DNA of 64,000 nt from Chara braunii (Eukaryota > Plantae > Charophyceae), in the NCBI GenBank assembly GCA_003427395.1, contig BFEA01000029.1:3754366-3818365 (forward strand). Reading direction: 5' to 3'. Made by a program: the position numbers and the translations under genes. Below, piece after piece: positions 30,983 to 42,100 of this stretch (its first letter is position 1; each line of letters begins with the position of its first letter). The notes under the pieces were generated by a model that had not been told where the DNA came from, ran no database searches, and saw only the letters and a list, made by a program, of their open reading frames with translations.

Positions 30983-33764
30983 CTATTTTGATCGGAATGG
31001 TGACCTATCTTGTATATCCCAATCTATTCCCTTGTTGATGATGTTCTTTCGGAGTATTGTGCATATACAGGTAAGCAGGTCATCTGTGGACCAAATATTA
31101 CTAGGCTGAATTTTTAGTTGCTGGGTGTCCAGGAGCATGTTGTGTGTGAGCCATTGCAGCCACACTTCTTTGTTGTCTTCAAATCTTACGTATATGTCCT
31201 TATAGGTCATCTTGAGGTTCTCCGAAGAGACGATGATGGTGGCCATTGCCCCTGGTTCGTATTGATTGGTGACAAAATCTGTGATCTCCTGGACACGTAG
31301 CGTCCCTTCCCTCTTCATGCGTCATCTGTGCAGGGTCATCCCTCCGTAGGTCGGGGCGTACGAGTCTTCTGAGTCAGCCGGTGATATACCCAATTCCCAT
31401 TTCCCGGCCCTCTTTTTGATGGGGAGGACCAAGACTTTGTCCCCTTTGGGTAAGCGTATGTGGTACATTCCTTTTTCAATGAGATGACGTATCCTTACTC
31501 GTTTCGAGAGACCTGCTTTATCTGTATTGAGTATCTCTTTCTCCTTCCGTTGTTCGGGTATTTCAGCGTGCGCTATTGGCTGGGTACGAAGCGGGGGAGG
31601 GGGGACATCAGTGTCTTTAGCCTGGTCAGGCGTTTCGTTGGCCCGTTCTGATGTTTCAGGTTGGATCGGTGCTCTTGTTGTTTTTGTTGTTTCGGGAGGC
31701 TGAAATTTTTGGTGAACAATATTCCAGATTCTGTATAANGCTGATTGCCAGTCCAGGTTCGGGGGCAGGCCTTGCTCTAAGGCTTGTTTCAAGCTGGGGC
31801 TTTCGTCTAGCAAGGAGAATAACTGTACGTAAGCCTCGTCCCAGTACACTTCTGATTGGCCTGAATATAATGACCGAAGGTGAGTAATTAGCCAATCTGC
31901 CAGACCCTGTATCTTAGTCTCGGTATCTCCGTCTCCTTGAGACCCCCAGGCCTCAGGCATGCTATCCATCATCTCCTCATCGGAAGAGGCCCCCAGGGCT
32001 TCCCAGTCCATTGGCTGGGGTCCGAAAGCTTGAGAGAATGGGTCTGTTTTTGAGGGAGATTCTCCTATGGCAGTCTTGGTTTCAGTATCAGACAGGATGG
32101 TGTTAGGAGGTGGGTCTTTTGGGCTGGCGTCCACTACTGCGGCCGGTTGTAAGATCCTTTGTTGGTTCTCCACTCTTCCTTTTCCTTTCTCCTTTCCTCC
32201 TTCCACCACCCCATCTTTTCTCTCCGTGTTTTTTACCCGTACCTGAGTTTTTTTTCCTCTTTCCCACTCCGTAGGGTTGCTTTGCCCTGATTCTCCGGGC
32301 CCCTTCTCCACTAGGAGCTTGCCCCCGTTTTCTGGAGAGTTTGCAATAGCCTGGAATCTGTTTTCTAAACTCTTGGGATTGCCTCCTTTGCTCAGGTTTT
32401 GTGGCTTATCATTCTTGCTTGAGTGTGCTTGTTTCTTTGGGGATGGGGAATGTTATAGTTCTCCCGTTTCTGTCGGGGTAATGAAGTCATGAGGTCTGGG
32501 TTCAGGATGCTGCTCAGTCCTGGGTTCAGGATGTTGTTCAGCTTGTGACTGTGTTGGCTTCTCAGGGACCACGGGGGGGGGGTTGGTGGCCCTGTCCATA
32601 TGCACTTCCACCGGTTTGGGGGGGATCCATTGCTCGGGGGGTTTGGTATCCCATTCCACCGCCTCTCCTTTTTCCCACTCCCAGCCCCTCACTCCTCCTT
32701 CCTATCGCGGCTCATCCACGTATACCCAACCCTCATGACCGGCGTCGACCGTCCTCCACCAAGTGTCTTTGAGCGGGTCCCGGTTCAGGCGGCTAATGAT
32801 TCTGATCTTCTTGGCCGGGTGGTGGGGGCAGTCGGATTCCGTTGGGAGATGTTCGTAAGCCTGGCATTTAAAACACCAGACTCTCGTTTTGTGTGACGTG
32901 TGTATTATGAAGTCTCGTCCACCTATTCGGAAGAGGATCATATCGTCAATGGTGAAGATGTGACCCTTTGGAAGGTCAAGGACTATCATAAGGTAGTCAT
33001 CCCTTGGGGTCACATGGGGCGGGAAAGGGTCAATGAAGTCCACAATATCATATTTCTGGGCTAGCTCTTGCACAAAAGCCCCTTGGATTTCAATGGGCAC
33101 ATGAGGAAATTCCACCCAATAATGATCGGACATTAATTGGTCCCTCTTTTCCTCTGGTTGTTGCTGCTTTGGGGGAGACCAGGGGAAGATCCGGACCTCT
33201 GACCGTCCACATGGTATGCTCCGCCATGTGTCCATGATTCTTTTGTCCGAATCGAACATGCAGATCACTGTGACCTCCGTGGACGAGATGGGTTGAATCA
33301 GGAAGAAGTCTCGCACCCCTTCCTCAGATCCTTTGAGGGTCGCAAGTCTTTTCTTGATCCACCCCACCTTGTCGTTGGTCGTTTTGTAGGCTGCGTCATC
33401 GTAAAAGACCCACGTGCTCGCGTAGTGAGTATATATAGCATCCCTTTCCCTTATCGCTTCTCCTGGAAGTGCTTTCACCCTCTGCTTTTTCCCCCCTTGA
33501 CTGATTATCCTATCCTCCGGTTTTGCTATAAATTTCGCTAGGAAAAAGGCTGATGCTGTGGTCAGATTGTCCGAAGGGATTTCTAGATTGCTCTCCCCTT
33601 CTCCACCTCTTCCGACTGACAAGGTCTGGCCTGAGTAAACTCTTTTTAGCTTGTCGGCCCATGTGGGCCTGTCAGTGACTTCTCTTCCCTCCTGCAGACT
33701 TTGCACCTCCTTCAGCAATACTGTAGGGGAGGGGGGGGGGGCAGGAGGATGATGCTTCAGCCAT
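30983..33764 (-). pseudogene. LINE ORF1 (~925 codons) with zinc knuckle
   Basis: The ORFs 33772-32702, 32692-32453, 32311-31322 and 31318-30983 share one frame, separated by single stops. N-terminal TWADKLK motif and CFKCQAYEHLPTESDC knuckle. Likely start accATGg at 33764 with a homopolymer frameshift just after it. Confidence 0.78.
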
Positions 33765-33984
33765 GGTAGCATCCTTTTTCCTCCCTTCCTCTCGCCGGGG
33801 CCGCCAATCAGACGAGTGGTGCCTCATGGCGCCATGGTGCCAGGTCATCCGTGTCTGCCCTCTCCCTCTCCCCTTTCTGGCTTCATTTTTGAGACTCGCT
33901 ATGTGTTCTGTGGGTGGTATAAAGAGGCTGACAAAACTAATGGCTAAAGTGGCAGTGTTATGGCCAGGTTGGCAGTCTAGGACT

Positions 33985-35530
33985 CGATCAGGGGGGGATG
34001 GATGTAAACAAGAAGGGATGGATGTAGGACGGGGATGCAGATGGTCAGGAACGAATCGGGAGGAGAAGGGGGGTCGGGACAGGAAGACGAAATGGTCGGG
34101 GGAGGATCAGGAGGGGGTGGGCAGATGGGCAGGGAGGATGTGAGCAGATCGGGACTGAGGAGAAGCAGGGGGGTCGGGACGGGATCAGGATGGGCGGATC
34201 TGAGCAGGTCGGGACTGAGGAGAGGCGGAGGGGTCGGGACAAGGGGAGGCAGATCGGGACAGTAGCGGGGGGGAATCAGCGGGTAGACGGAGTCGGGGCC
34301 GGAGACGAAATGGTTAGGACTTGATCAGGGGGGGATGGATGTAGACGAGAAGGGATGGATGTAGGACGGGGATGCAGATGGTCAAGAACGATCGGGAGGA
34401 GAAGGGGGGTCAGGACAGGAAAACGAAATGGTCGGGGGGGATCGGGGGGGGGATCAGGATGGGCAGATGGGCAGGGAGGATGTGAGCAGATCGGGACTGA
34501 GGAGAAGCGGGGGGTTNNNNNNNNNNNNNNNNNNNNNNNNNNNNNNNNNNNNNNNNNNNNNNNNNNNNNNNNNNNNNNNNNNNNNNNNNNNNNNNNNNNN
34601 NNNNNNNNNNNNNNNNNNNNNNNNNNNNNNNNNNNNNNNNNNNNNNNNNNNNNNNNNNNNNNNNNNNNNNNNNNNNNNNNNNNNNNNNNNNNNNNNNNNN
34701 NNNNNNNNNNNNNNNNNNNNNNNNNNNNNNNNNNNNNNNNNNNNNNNNNNNNNNNNNNNNNNNNNNNNNNNNNNNNNNNNNNNNNNNNNNNNNNNNNNNN
34801 NNNNNNNNNNNNNNNNNNNNNNNNNNNNNNNNNNNNNNNNNNNNNNNNNNNNNNNNNNNNNNNNNNNNNNNNNNNNNNNNNNNNNNNNNNNNNNNNNNNN
34901 NNNNNNNNNNNNNNNNNNNNNNNNNNNNNNNNNNNNNNNNNNNNNNNNNNNNNNNNNNNNNNNNNNNNNNNNNNNNNNNNNNNNNNNNNNNNNNNNNNNN
35001 NNNNNNNNNNNNNNNNNNNNNNNNNNNNNNNNNNNNNNNNNNNNNNNNNNNNNNNNNNNNNNNNNNNNNNNNNNNNNNNNNNNNNNNNNNNNNNNNNNNN
35101 NNNNNNNNNNNNNNNNNNNNNNNNNNNNNNNNNNNNNNNNNNNNNNNNNNNNNNNNNNNNNNNNNNNNNNNNNNNNNNNNNNNNNNNNNNNNNNNNNNNN
35201 NNNNNNNNNNNNNNNNNNNNNNNNNNNNNNNNNNNNNNNNNNNNNNNNNNNNNNNNNNNNNNNNNNNNNNNNNNNNNNNNNNNNNNNNNNNNNNNNNNNN
35301 NNNNNNNNNNNNNNNNNNNNNNNNNNNNNNNNNNNNNNNNNNNNNNNNNNNNNNNNNNNNNNNNNNNNNNNNNNNNNNNNNNNNNNNNNNNGACGAGGGG
35401 GAGCAAATCGGGACGGGGTGGGTACTCAGTGGGAGATAAGCTAGATCAGGACGGGGGGGGCGGGACGAGGGGGAGCAGATCGGGACGGGGCTTGGGGGGC
35501 AATCAATGGGTAGACGGGGTCGAGGTCGGG
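33985..35530. repeat. G-rich tandem repeats (GATCGGGAC/GGGGG units, ~340-bp higher-order duplication) in the LINE 5' leader, interrupted by an assembly gap
   Basis: GATCAGGGGGGGATGGATGTA...GAAGGGATGGATGTAGGACGGGGATGCAGATGGTC recurs near 33986 and 34323. Confidence 0.8.
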
Positions 35531-36909
35531 GGCGGGTAATCAGTGGGTAAGCGGAATCAAGGTTGGGAGATCGTGGATAGAAGGGAGCGGGCCAGAGACG
35601 GGAATCATGAGAGGGATCGGGAGGAAAGACGTGGGGACAGAATGGGATAGGAGAGGGGGGACCGCGAGGATCGGGTGGGTGCAGGGTTGAGGGGAGAGGC
35701 GGGATGGGGGAAGGGTCTGTTTAGGAGAGTTGCGCACCTCCGAGCTCCTTCGCTTCCTTCTTCGGGGGATTATGACCCCCGAGGCCCCAAAGGAAGTCGC
35801 CGGTTGCCCGGGGCCTTCGCCGCTATCGCTCGCCTCTTCACTGCCATCGTCTGCGCCCTTGCCGCTGTTACTATCGCCTGCTCCTTCCTCGTTGTCCTTG
35901 ATGCCTGCTTTTTTTTTGCCTCCTCCTCCTCCTTTCTACTCCCCCCTTGTTACCTCGCCGCTATCGCTCGCCCCTTCGTTGCTATCTCCTGCTCCCTCAC
36001 CGCTGTTATTATCGCTCGCGCTATTGCTCGCTCCTTTCGTCGTTGTCCCTGATGCCATTATCGCTCGCTGCTATTGCTCGCTCCTTTCGTCGTTGTCCCT
36101 AATGCCTACTCATACCTTGCCTCCTCCTTCTCTGGTGGTCGTCCGTAGCCGCTGTCGCCTCAGCTACTATCGATCTCCCCTTAGCCACCTACCCCTCCTG
36201 CCGCCCTGCTCCTGTTGTCTCCCATCCGCTGATCGACTCACCATCACCATGCTTGTAGCTGTTGTCGTGCTGTCGTGGCCTACCGTCTCCGTGACTCCCC
36301 AATTTGGCTCGTGTTGCCTCCCGTTCACTGCCCGAGCCTTGCCGTCTTCGTGTTTCCTGCTCTATTACTTGATCCGATGCTCGCTGTTCATCCACGCTCT
36401 TCCGTGGGCGCCGCACTTTCCCCGAAGATGCTTCCAGGTACCTGGTCTACATGGTCGATTCTGCCCAACCCAGGACCAGCATCGTTAGTGGGGCTCTCCT
36501 GTCTACACCACGAGGAGAAGTCGTCGGTCTCCTTCCTTGGCTATGGCGACCTGAAAATTTCCTCTGTCTTTTTTTCGCCATCTCAACTGTCGACGATTGC
36601 CGCTTCTCCCAAATGCAGACCGAATAGCGCGTTATCGATTGCTACGAGCCCGTCGTAGCGCTACCGCGAACCGACGCTCAAACCCTTCCCGGTCCAGAGA
36701 CCGGTGCTCCCTGTCCGTCCACACTCCATCACAAGCAACCAAAACACTCATGAAACAAAGACAGATCTGTCACAGCCAAAAAATACACTCCAAACATGCC
36801 GTTGGCACTAAAGGCACAACATGGCCACGTCGTGACGGCCCCGCCCACTGCCGCTCAACATGAACAGATGAAAATCATAGCAGGGTGCTAGCGAAGTCGT
36901 GGGATATAT

Positions 36910-37116
36910 AGTCAAATGGAGCTGACCGATGAAAGGCAGATAGAAAGGGGAAGAGGACAACAAACGAGGGGCTGTAACAAACTGATTCGTCGGAGTTTCG
37001 CCGACTCATCAGGAGGCTAAACCCTCAACAATCTTTAGAATCCCCTAATTGATTACACTGTAAGTGATAATCCACCTTAACCCTGGTTGTGGTTAAGTAT
37101 CAATGAGTACTTGACA
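36910..37116 (-). repeat. Direct repeat B (207 bp) of the hammerhead-bearing element
   Basis: Homologous to 24513-24703. Ends are AGTCAA...TTGACA, and a (TA)n tract follows shortly after. Confidence 0.85.
36977..37036 (-). ncRNA. Type III hammerhead ribozyme motif, near-complete (GAAA mutated to GAAU)
   Basis: Minus strand reads AGAUUG-UU^GAGG-GUUUAG-CCUC CUGAUGA GUCGG-CGAAACU-CCGAC GAAU CAGUUUGU. All three stems form; predicted GUU cleavage between 37027 and 37026. Confidence 0.78.
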
Positions 37117-37943
37117 ATTGATATATATATATTTATTTATATATATATACACATCAAACATCGCTATGAAACAGTTGAAATGAGATGCAGCGGCTTACGC
37201 TCCTGAAGTGAGTTTCAACTGCCACATTTCAAGTACCAATCAGGTCATTCAACACTTTTAAGTGGAAAGACCTTAAACGGTTGAAATGACCTTAAGGGGC
37301 TGAAGCTTTTGGAATCGTTTTGAGGTGTACTCATATAAACACTGAACACTCATTTGAAACCATATCGATGACCTCTAGTGATTGAGCATCTTAATACCTA
37401 TTTCAATTGCCCCTACATAAACATCATTCGTCAATATGAAAATGTTGAAAGCAGCTGAAGTGGAAACTTCTAAAAACAATTTCGATTTTTGAAATACGGT
37501 TCGATGAGCTATAAAGCAGATATTAAAATGATTAGCACAAATACTACAATTGGTTTTAGCCAAAAGGCCAAAAAACATTTTCATTTGCAACTATCTCTGA
37601 TGTATGAATAAGGGTAATTTAAACCGCTTTTAAAAGGTTGAACCGCCTTAGATAACTTCAATAAATTTCATATGGGATATCTGAAATCGTTGAAATGACT
37701 TGACTTGGCTGAAATTTATAAAACCGCTTTCCAAACACCTATTTGAAACGATAGTGATGACCTCTTGTGATTGAGCCTTATAAAACCGGTTTCGACTGCC
37801 CTTACATAAACATCATTCATCAAACTGTTGAAAGGACATGGAGTGGTTGAAACTTCTAAATGCAATTTCAATTGAATCTATCTTTGATGTTTGGATGATT
37901 ACGATTAAACTATCAATACCTTTCTTGGGTAAAAGAACGCCCT

Positions 37944-38247
37944 TTGAACATGTTGGAAGGGCGTTTTGCAGGCGCAACACAACTTCAAGCTGGAAAACCG
38001 TGAGCTATGCAGTACAATATTGTCTTCTGTGCAAAACCATGAAAATAAAACAAAAGAAAAAAAGGTTATGGCGAGTAGAAAAAACATTTCAATTCTTGAA
38101 CATGTTGGAAGGGCGTTTTGCAGGCGCAACACAGCTTCAAGCTGGAAAACCGTGAGCTAGGCAGTACAATATTGTCTTTTGTGCAAAACCATGAAAATAA
38201 AACAAAAGAAAAAAAGGTTATGGCGTGTAGAAAAAACATTCCAATTC
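37944..38247 (+). repeat. 152-bp tandem duplication inside an AT-rich region of recurring AAAC(C/G)GTT/TGAAATGAC motifs (37150-38800)
   Basis: TTGAACATGTTGGAAGGGCGTTTTGCAGGCGCAACAC...AAAAAACATT occurs at 37944 and 38096. Confidence 0.88.
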
Positions 38248-39133
38248 CTTTGGTGCAAACAAAAACAACAACATTTTGGTATGTGGAAATGACATTGCGA
38301 TTCGTTTGACCCCAACCGCGCGACCAAGATCACCCCTCATCTTTTTTTTTTTTTTTTTTTTTTTCCCTCAAAGCAGCCACAACTCTTTTTTTTACCCGCC
38401 CTTCGACGACATTGTGCACTGGTCGCGGACTGGTTCGACAGGGGCTGCTCAAAGATACAGGCGGTTTAAACCTTTTTTAGAAGGTTTAACCACCGTAGGT
38501 AATTTCAACAAGTTTCAAATGGGGATATCTGAAACTGCTGAATGACTTGACGTGACCAAAGCTTCTGAAACTGTTATCAAGTCTCGTCATCAAAATACCC
38601 AATACTCGTTTAAAACTGTGACGATGAGGTGAAGTGTCTAAGCCTTCTAAAACGGTTTTCAAATCCCTCGATCCAAACCTATAACAACCGTCTACAATCG
38701 TAACGATGACCTGAAATGTTTGAAGATTTTGAAACCAACTTCAAATCCCTTCATCCAAGCGTCTAAGATCGGTTTAAAACTATCATACCGACCTAAGATT
38801 ATTGGGAATATAAAGGGACCTGAAAATATATACATACGTTAACCATGGGTGGAGTTAGCGGGTGAAGTTCGCTTCCGTGCTTTGCCATGGACAAAATTGG
38901 GGTGACCATGTCATAAGGACAATAAAAGATGAAGGAGGGGCATTGAAGGAATAGGGGTGAACCTGCACACATGCCTTTTGGGTTTAGCATGCAAGGCGGT
39001 TTAGCATACACCACCCCATCTCTGGAAGGATGCTCCAATCCCAAGTCCCTAGGGTAACACATTAATTGCAGTGGGGATATTTTTCAATTATCTTCATCGT
39101 AAAGTCAACCTGTGGATTAAAAAAAAAAAAAAA

Positions 39134-42100
39134 GGATAATTTGCAAAATAGTAAAATATGCCAATAACTTAAGGTATATGCCAAAATGCCCCTAAAAGGT
39201 GTGGGTAGAGCGGAATATCCCTATGACACAAAAAATATTATGTGAAACACCCCTGGTATTAATTGGACCCCCCATTTTTGCAAAATACCCCTACAGGGTA
39301 ATATGGTGTTCAACCTCATGCCCTGTGCTGTCTTCCGGTCAAAGTGATAAATTGTGCGGAATAGGCCTTGAAAGACAACATCATGGGTTGTGCCAAGGAT
39401 TTTTGGAAAATCGCGTGTGGGGACTCAGACAACACTGAAGTCCCCCCCGCATGGTTTCGGTTTTTAGCGAGAACGGGTCATTGACGCGCGGGCAGGAAAC
39501 GAACGCGCACAATTTTCAAACATCTATTCAATCGAAAAAGTATTGCTGAACTTTTGGGCGGGCCACAACCGTCTTTTGGAGTGGAAGGGTGAGAGCAAAA
39601 GACGGTCCATATGACATAAGCAAATTTTGAATACGTGAATTTCATTCCGTCGATTGAATAGATGTTTGAAAATTGTGCGCGTTTGTTGACAGGTTCGGAA
39701 TCCGATACGGATTACCTTAGCCTGGTTGCACGTTCCTTGTGTTCGTCTTCGCCAAGTGTGCCGTAGTGAAACCCATTTATTGGGTACAGCTCTGCGCAGC
39801 GACAATCGCTCCACAGGGTATTAAGCCAATGGGGTGCTACCGCCGTCCACCATAAGATAATCAACTCGTTAAAAGGCAATAACAACGAGTACGGAGAAAA
39901 GTGAGTATCGATAATGGCAAAACCAGCGCCTACGAGCCCAGAGCACCTTATTTTTGGTGAAAAATAATATTGTTCGCCGATATTGGTGACAACTTCCCGT
40001 ACGTCCAACTTGCGGACACATATCTTTTCCTTGTCATACGAAAATCGACGTGATGGGGATGCGTGGAGTCGGCGCCCAGAAGGGTCAGAGCAATCGGTCC
40101 ACATGACATAAGCAAATTTTGATTACGTGAATTTCATTCCGTCGATTGTTCAATCGCAAAAATAGTTAGCTAGGATGCTTTGAACCGATAAAAAAGAAAG
40201 ATATGAGTTGGAACCGATCACAACAACAATCTTAATTTATTACAAGAGCAACGAGCATACATTCTCATAGTCTTGACGGGGTTTAGGTTGCTAGGTTAGA
40301 CAATACCTATTCAAGACAACCCTTACATGAGGGAATCCTCCATTGTTCGAGGTACACACCAATCGATAGAAAATAAAGGATCAACAAGGCCTTGTAGAGC
40401 TCTCTAGTCACTTCGAGTTCAACGACGGTCGTTCATGGGAGATCCAATTGAAATCAACAAGGGCGAGCGAGATCAAGGAAACCTTGAGTTATTTCGTTAT
40501 TCATGAAATAGTCATGAACACAAGAACAATAGGGAAAGGGAGAGGGATAGAGACATGATTGAATCGAAGAAGAGAACCGGGGAGGAAGAAGGAGAACTAG
40601 GATCACCCAAACAATCTTGAGGGAGAACATTCGGCTATTCACCGTATACTTTATGAGAACCAACAGAAGAAGAACCAGAAAGATAAAGGCGCACCGACCT
40701 TCTGCTTTCTGATAATGACCCTGGTCATGCAACCACTAGTATACACACAATTTTCCCACTAAGGTACCAACGATCCCGACCGCCATGTACCGATCTCCAA
40801 TCACAGCGATCGTCACCCCGCCAACTCAGTTGCCGCACCAACTTGCCCAAATACCGCAGTTCGTCGTGCCCACCCGACGCAAGGTCATGCTTTCACTGCA
40901 GTTAGCTCATCAAGACTTTCCGACTTGATACTTGCACATCACCTAGCCATGACTTCCCTGAAGCGGGCAGATGGGTTAAGAGAGAGAGAGAGTTTTTTAG
41001 AGTGTGCTTGCGGGTTTTATAGTTGTGAGGAGGGGAATAGGAGATGGAGAAGAGTGGGATGGGAATAGGAAGGGTTGAAGAGGGAATTTGGGATAGCCAC
41101 CCACGGAAAGCCATATTGATCCCCGCGAGTTTCTTCGCAACCAATCAGATCGCCACGTGCTGTGACGCCCAACCTCACGCCCAGCTCGACTTCCTAATCG
41201 GAGTGGAGTGTGGGCCTCGAAGTGCGGCAAGGGGTGTGCCAAGGATTTTTGGGGAAGTGGGGGTGGAGTCCCAGGCCAGAACTGAGATCTCCTGTGGCAG
41301 AGTTTTTCGGGGGCACGGGTGCAATTTGGCAGAGAGGGCGGACCACTTCTGGTCATAAGGCAGATGGCATGCGCGGGTCATTTATGGCCGTTCGATCCAT
41401 CTGTGTAGAGGACGGCGGTTCATCGGAAGGTCCCTTCGGGGTGGGTGTGATCCCGATGAGTCCGGTCGTCGGTGGTCGCCACGTGGCGCCGGTCATCGTA
41501 CATTCTGGTTGGGCCCTTGCGGTCCCGAGGCTCTCTGGTTGCCACGTTGTCGACAATTTCCGCAGGGCGTGCTGGGCCAGTAGGGGACTATGGCTTTCCA
41601 CGGGATGACCCTGAGTTGATGATACAGGAGAAGAAGACGGAAGGGAGGGAAGTTAGTGGAGATAACGACAAAGCCGGGGGAAATAAATTAGTGAGTGTGG
41701 TCCGCGGTGGGGAAATCAGAACACCGTGGATCGTTGGTTGTAGCACAGTGAAACTCCCTAGGACACAGTCGGTTCTCGGTTAGGCAGGGGAACCTCTGTC
41801 GGAGGTACCCCTCAATCCAAGGGGTGAAGTACTCCAGGTCGTACAGCGAATCCGAGATCCCAGAGCGCGTCATTATGTCATCGTAGAGCCGCGGAAGTCC
41901 TAAGGACGTGTCTTCATCGATTGCGATCACCGCTTGTGAATACGTGTAGGCTGCACGAGTTGCGCTTACACTTGTTCAAACGGGATGATCGTTTCGTCGC
42001 TGACGCGGAAGGGCCACATCCAACCAGGCAATACCCCCACAATCGTTAAGTCGTTTTATACGTGGTGGGTTGTGAATCGACGCGCGGGGACACGTGTAAG

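Larger units (their letters stand above)
25950..36711 (-). mobile_element. Full-length L1/Tx1-clade non-LTR retrotransposon (decayed), ~10.8 kb including an ~875-N gap
   Basis: Poly(A) tail (T21 at 25950-25970). TSD TGTCC(A/G)TCCACACTCC at 25934-25949 and 36712-36727. ORF1 and APE-RT ORF2 are both on the - strand. Confidence 0.9.

Noticed and set aside
24513-37116. Treating repeats A and B as LTRs of the enclosed RT-encoding element
   Set aside because: The RT element has its own poly(A) tail and 16-bp TSD inside the repeats and is APE-type, so it is a later insertion.
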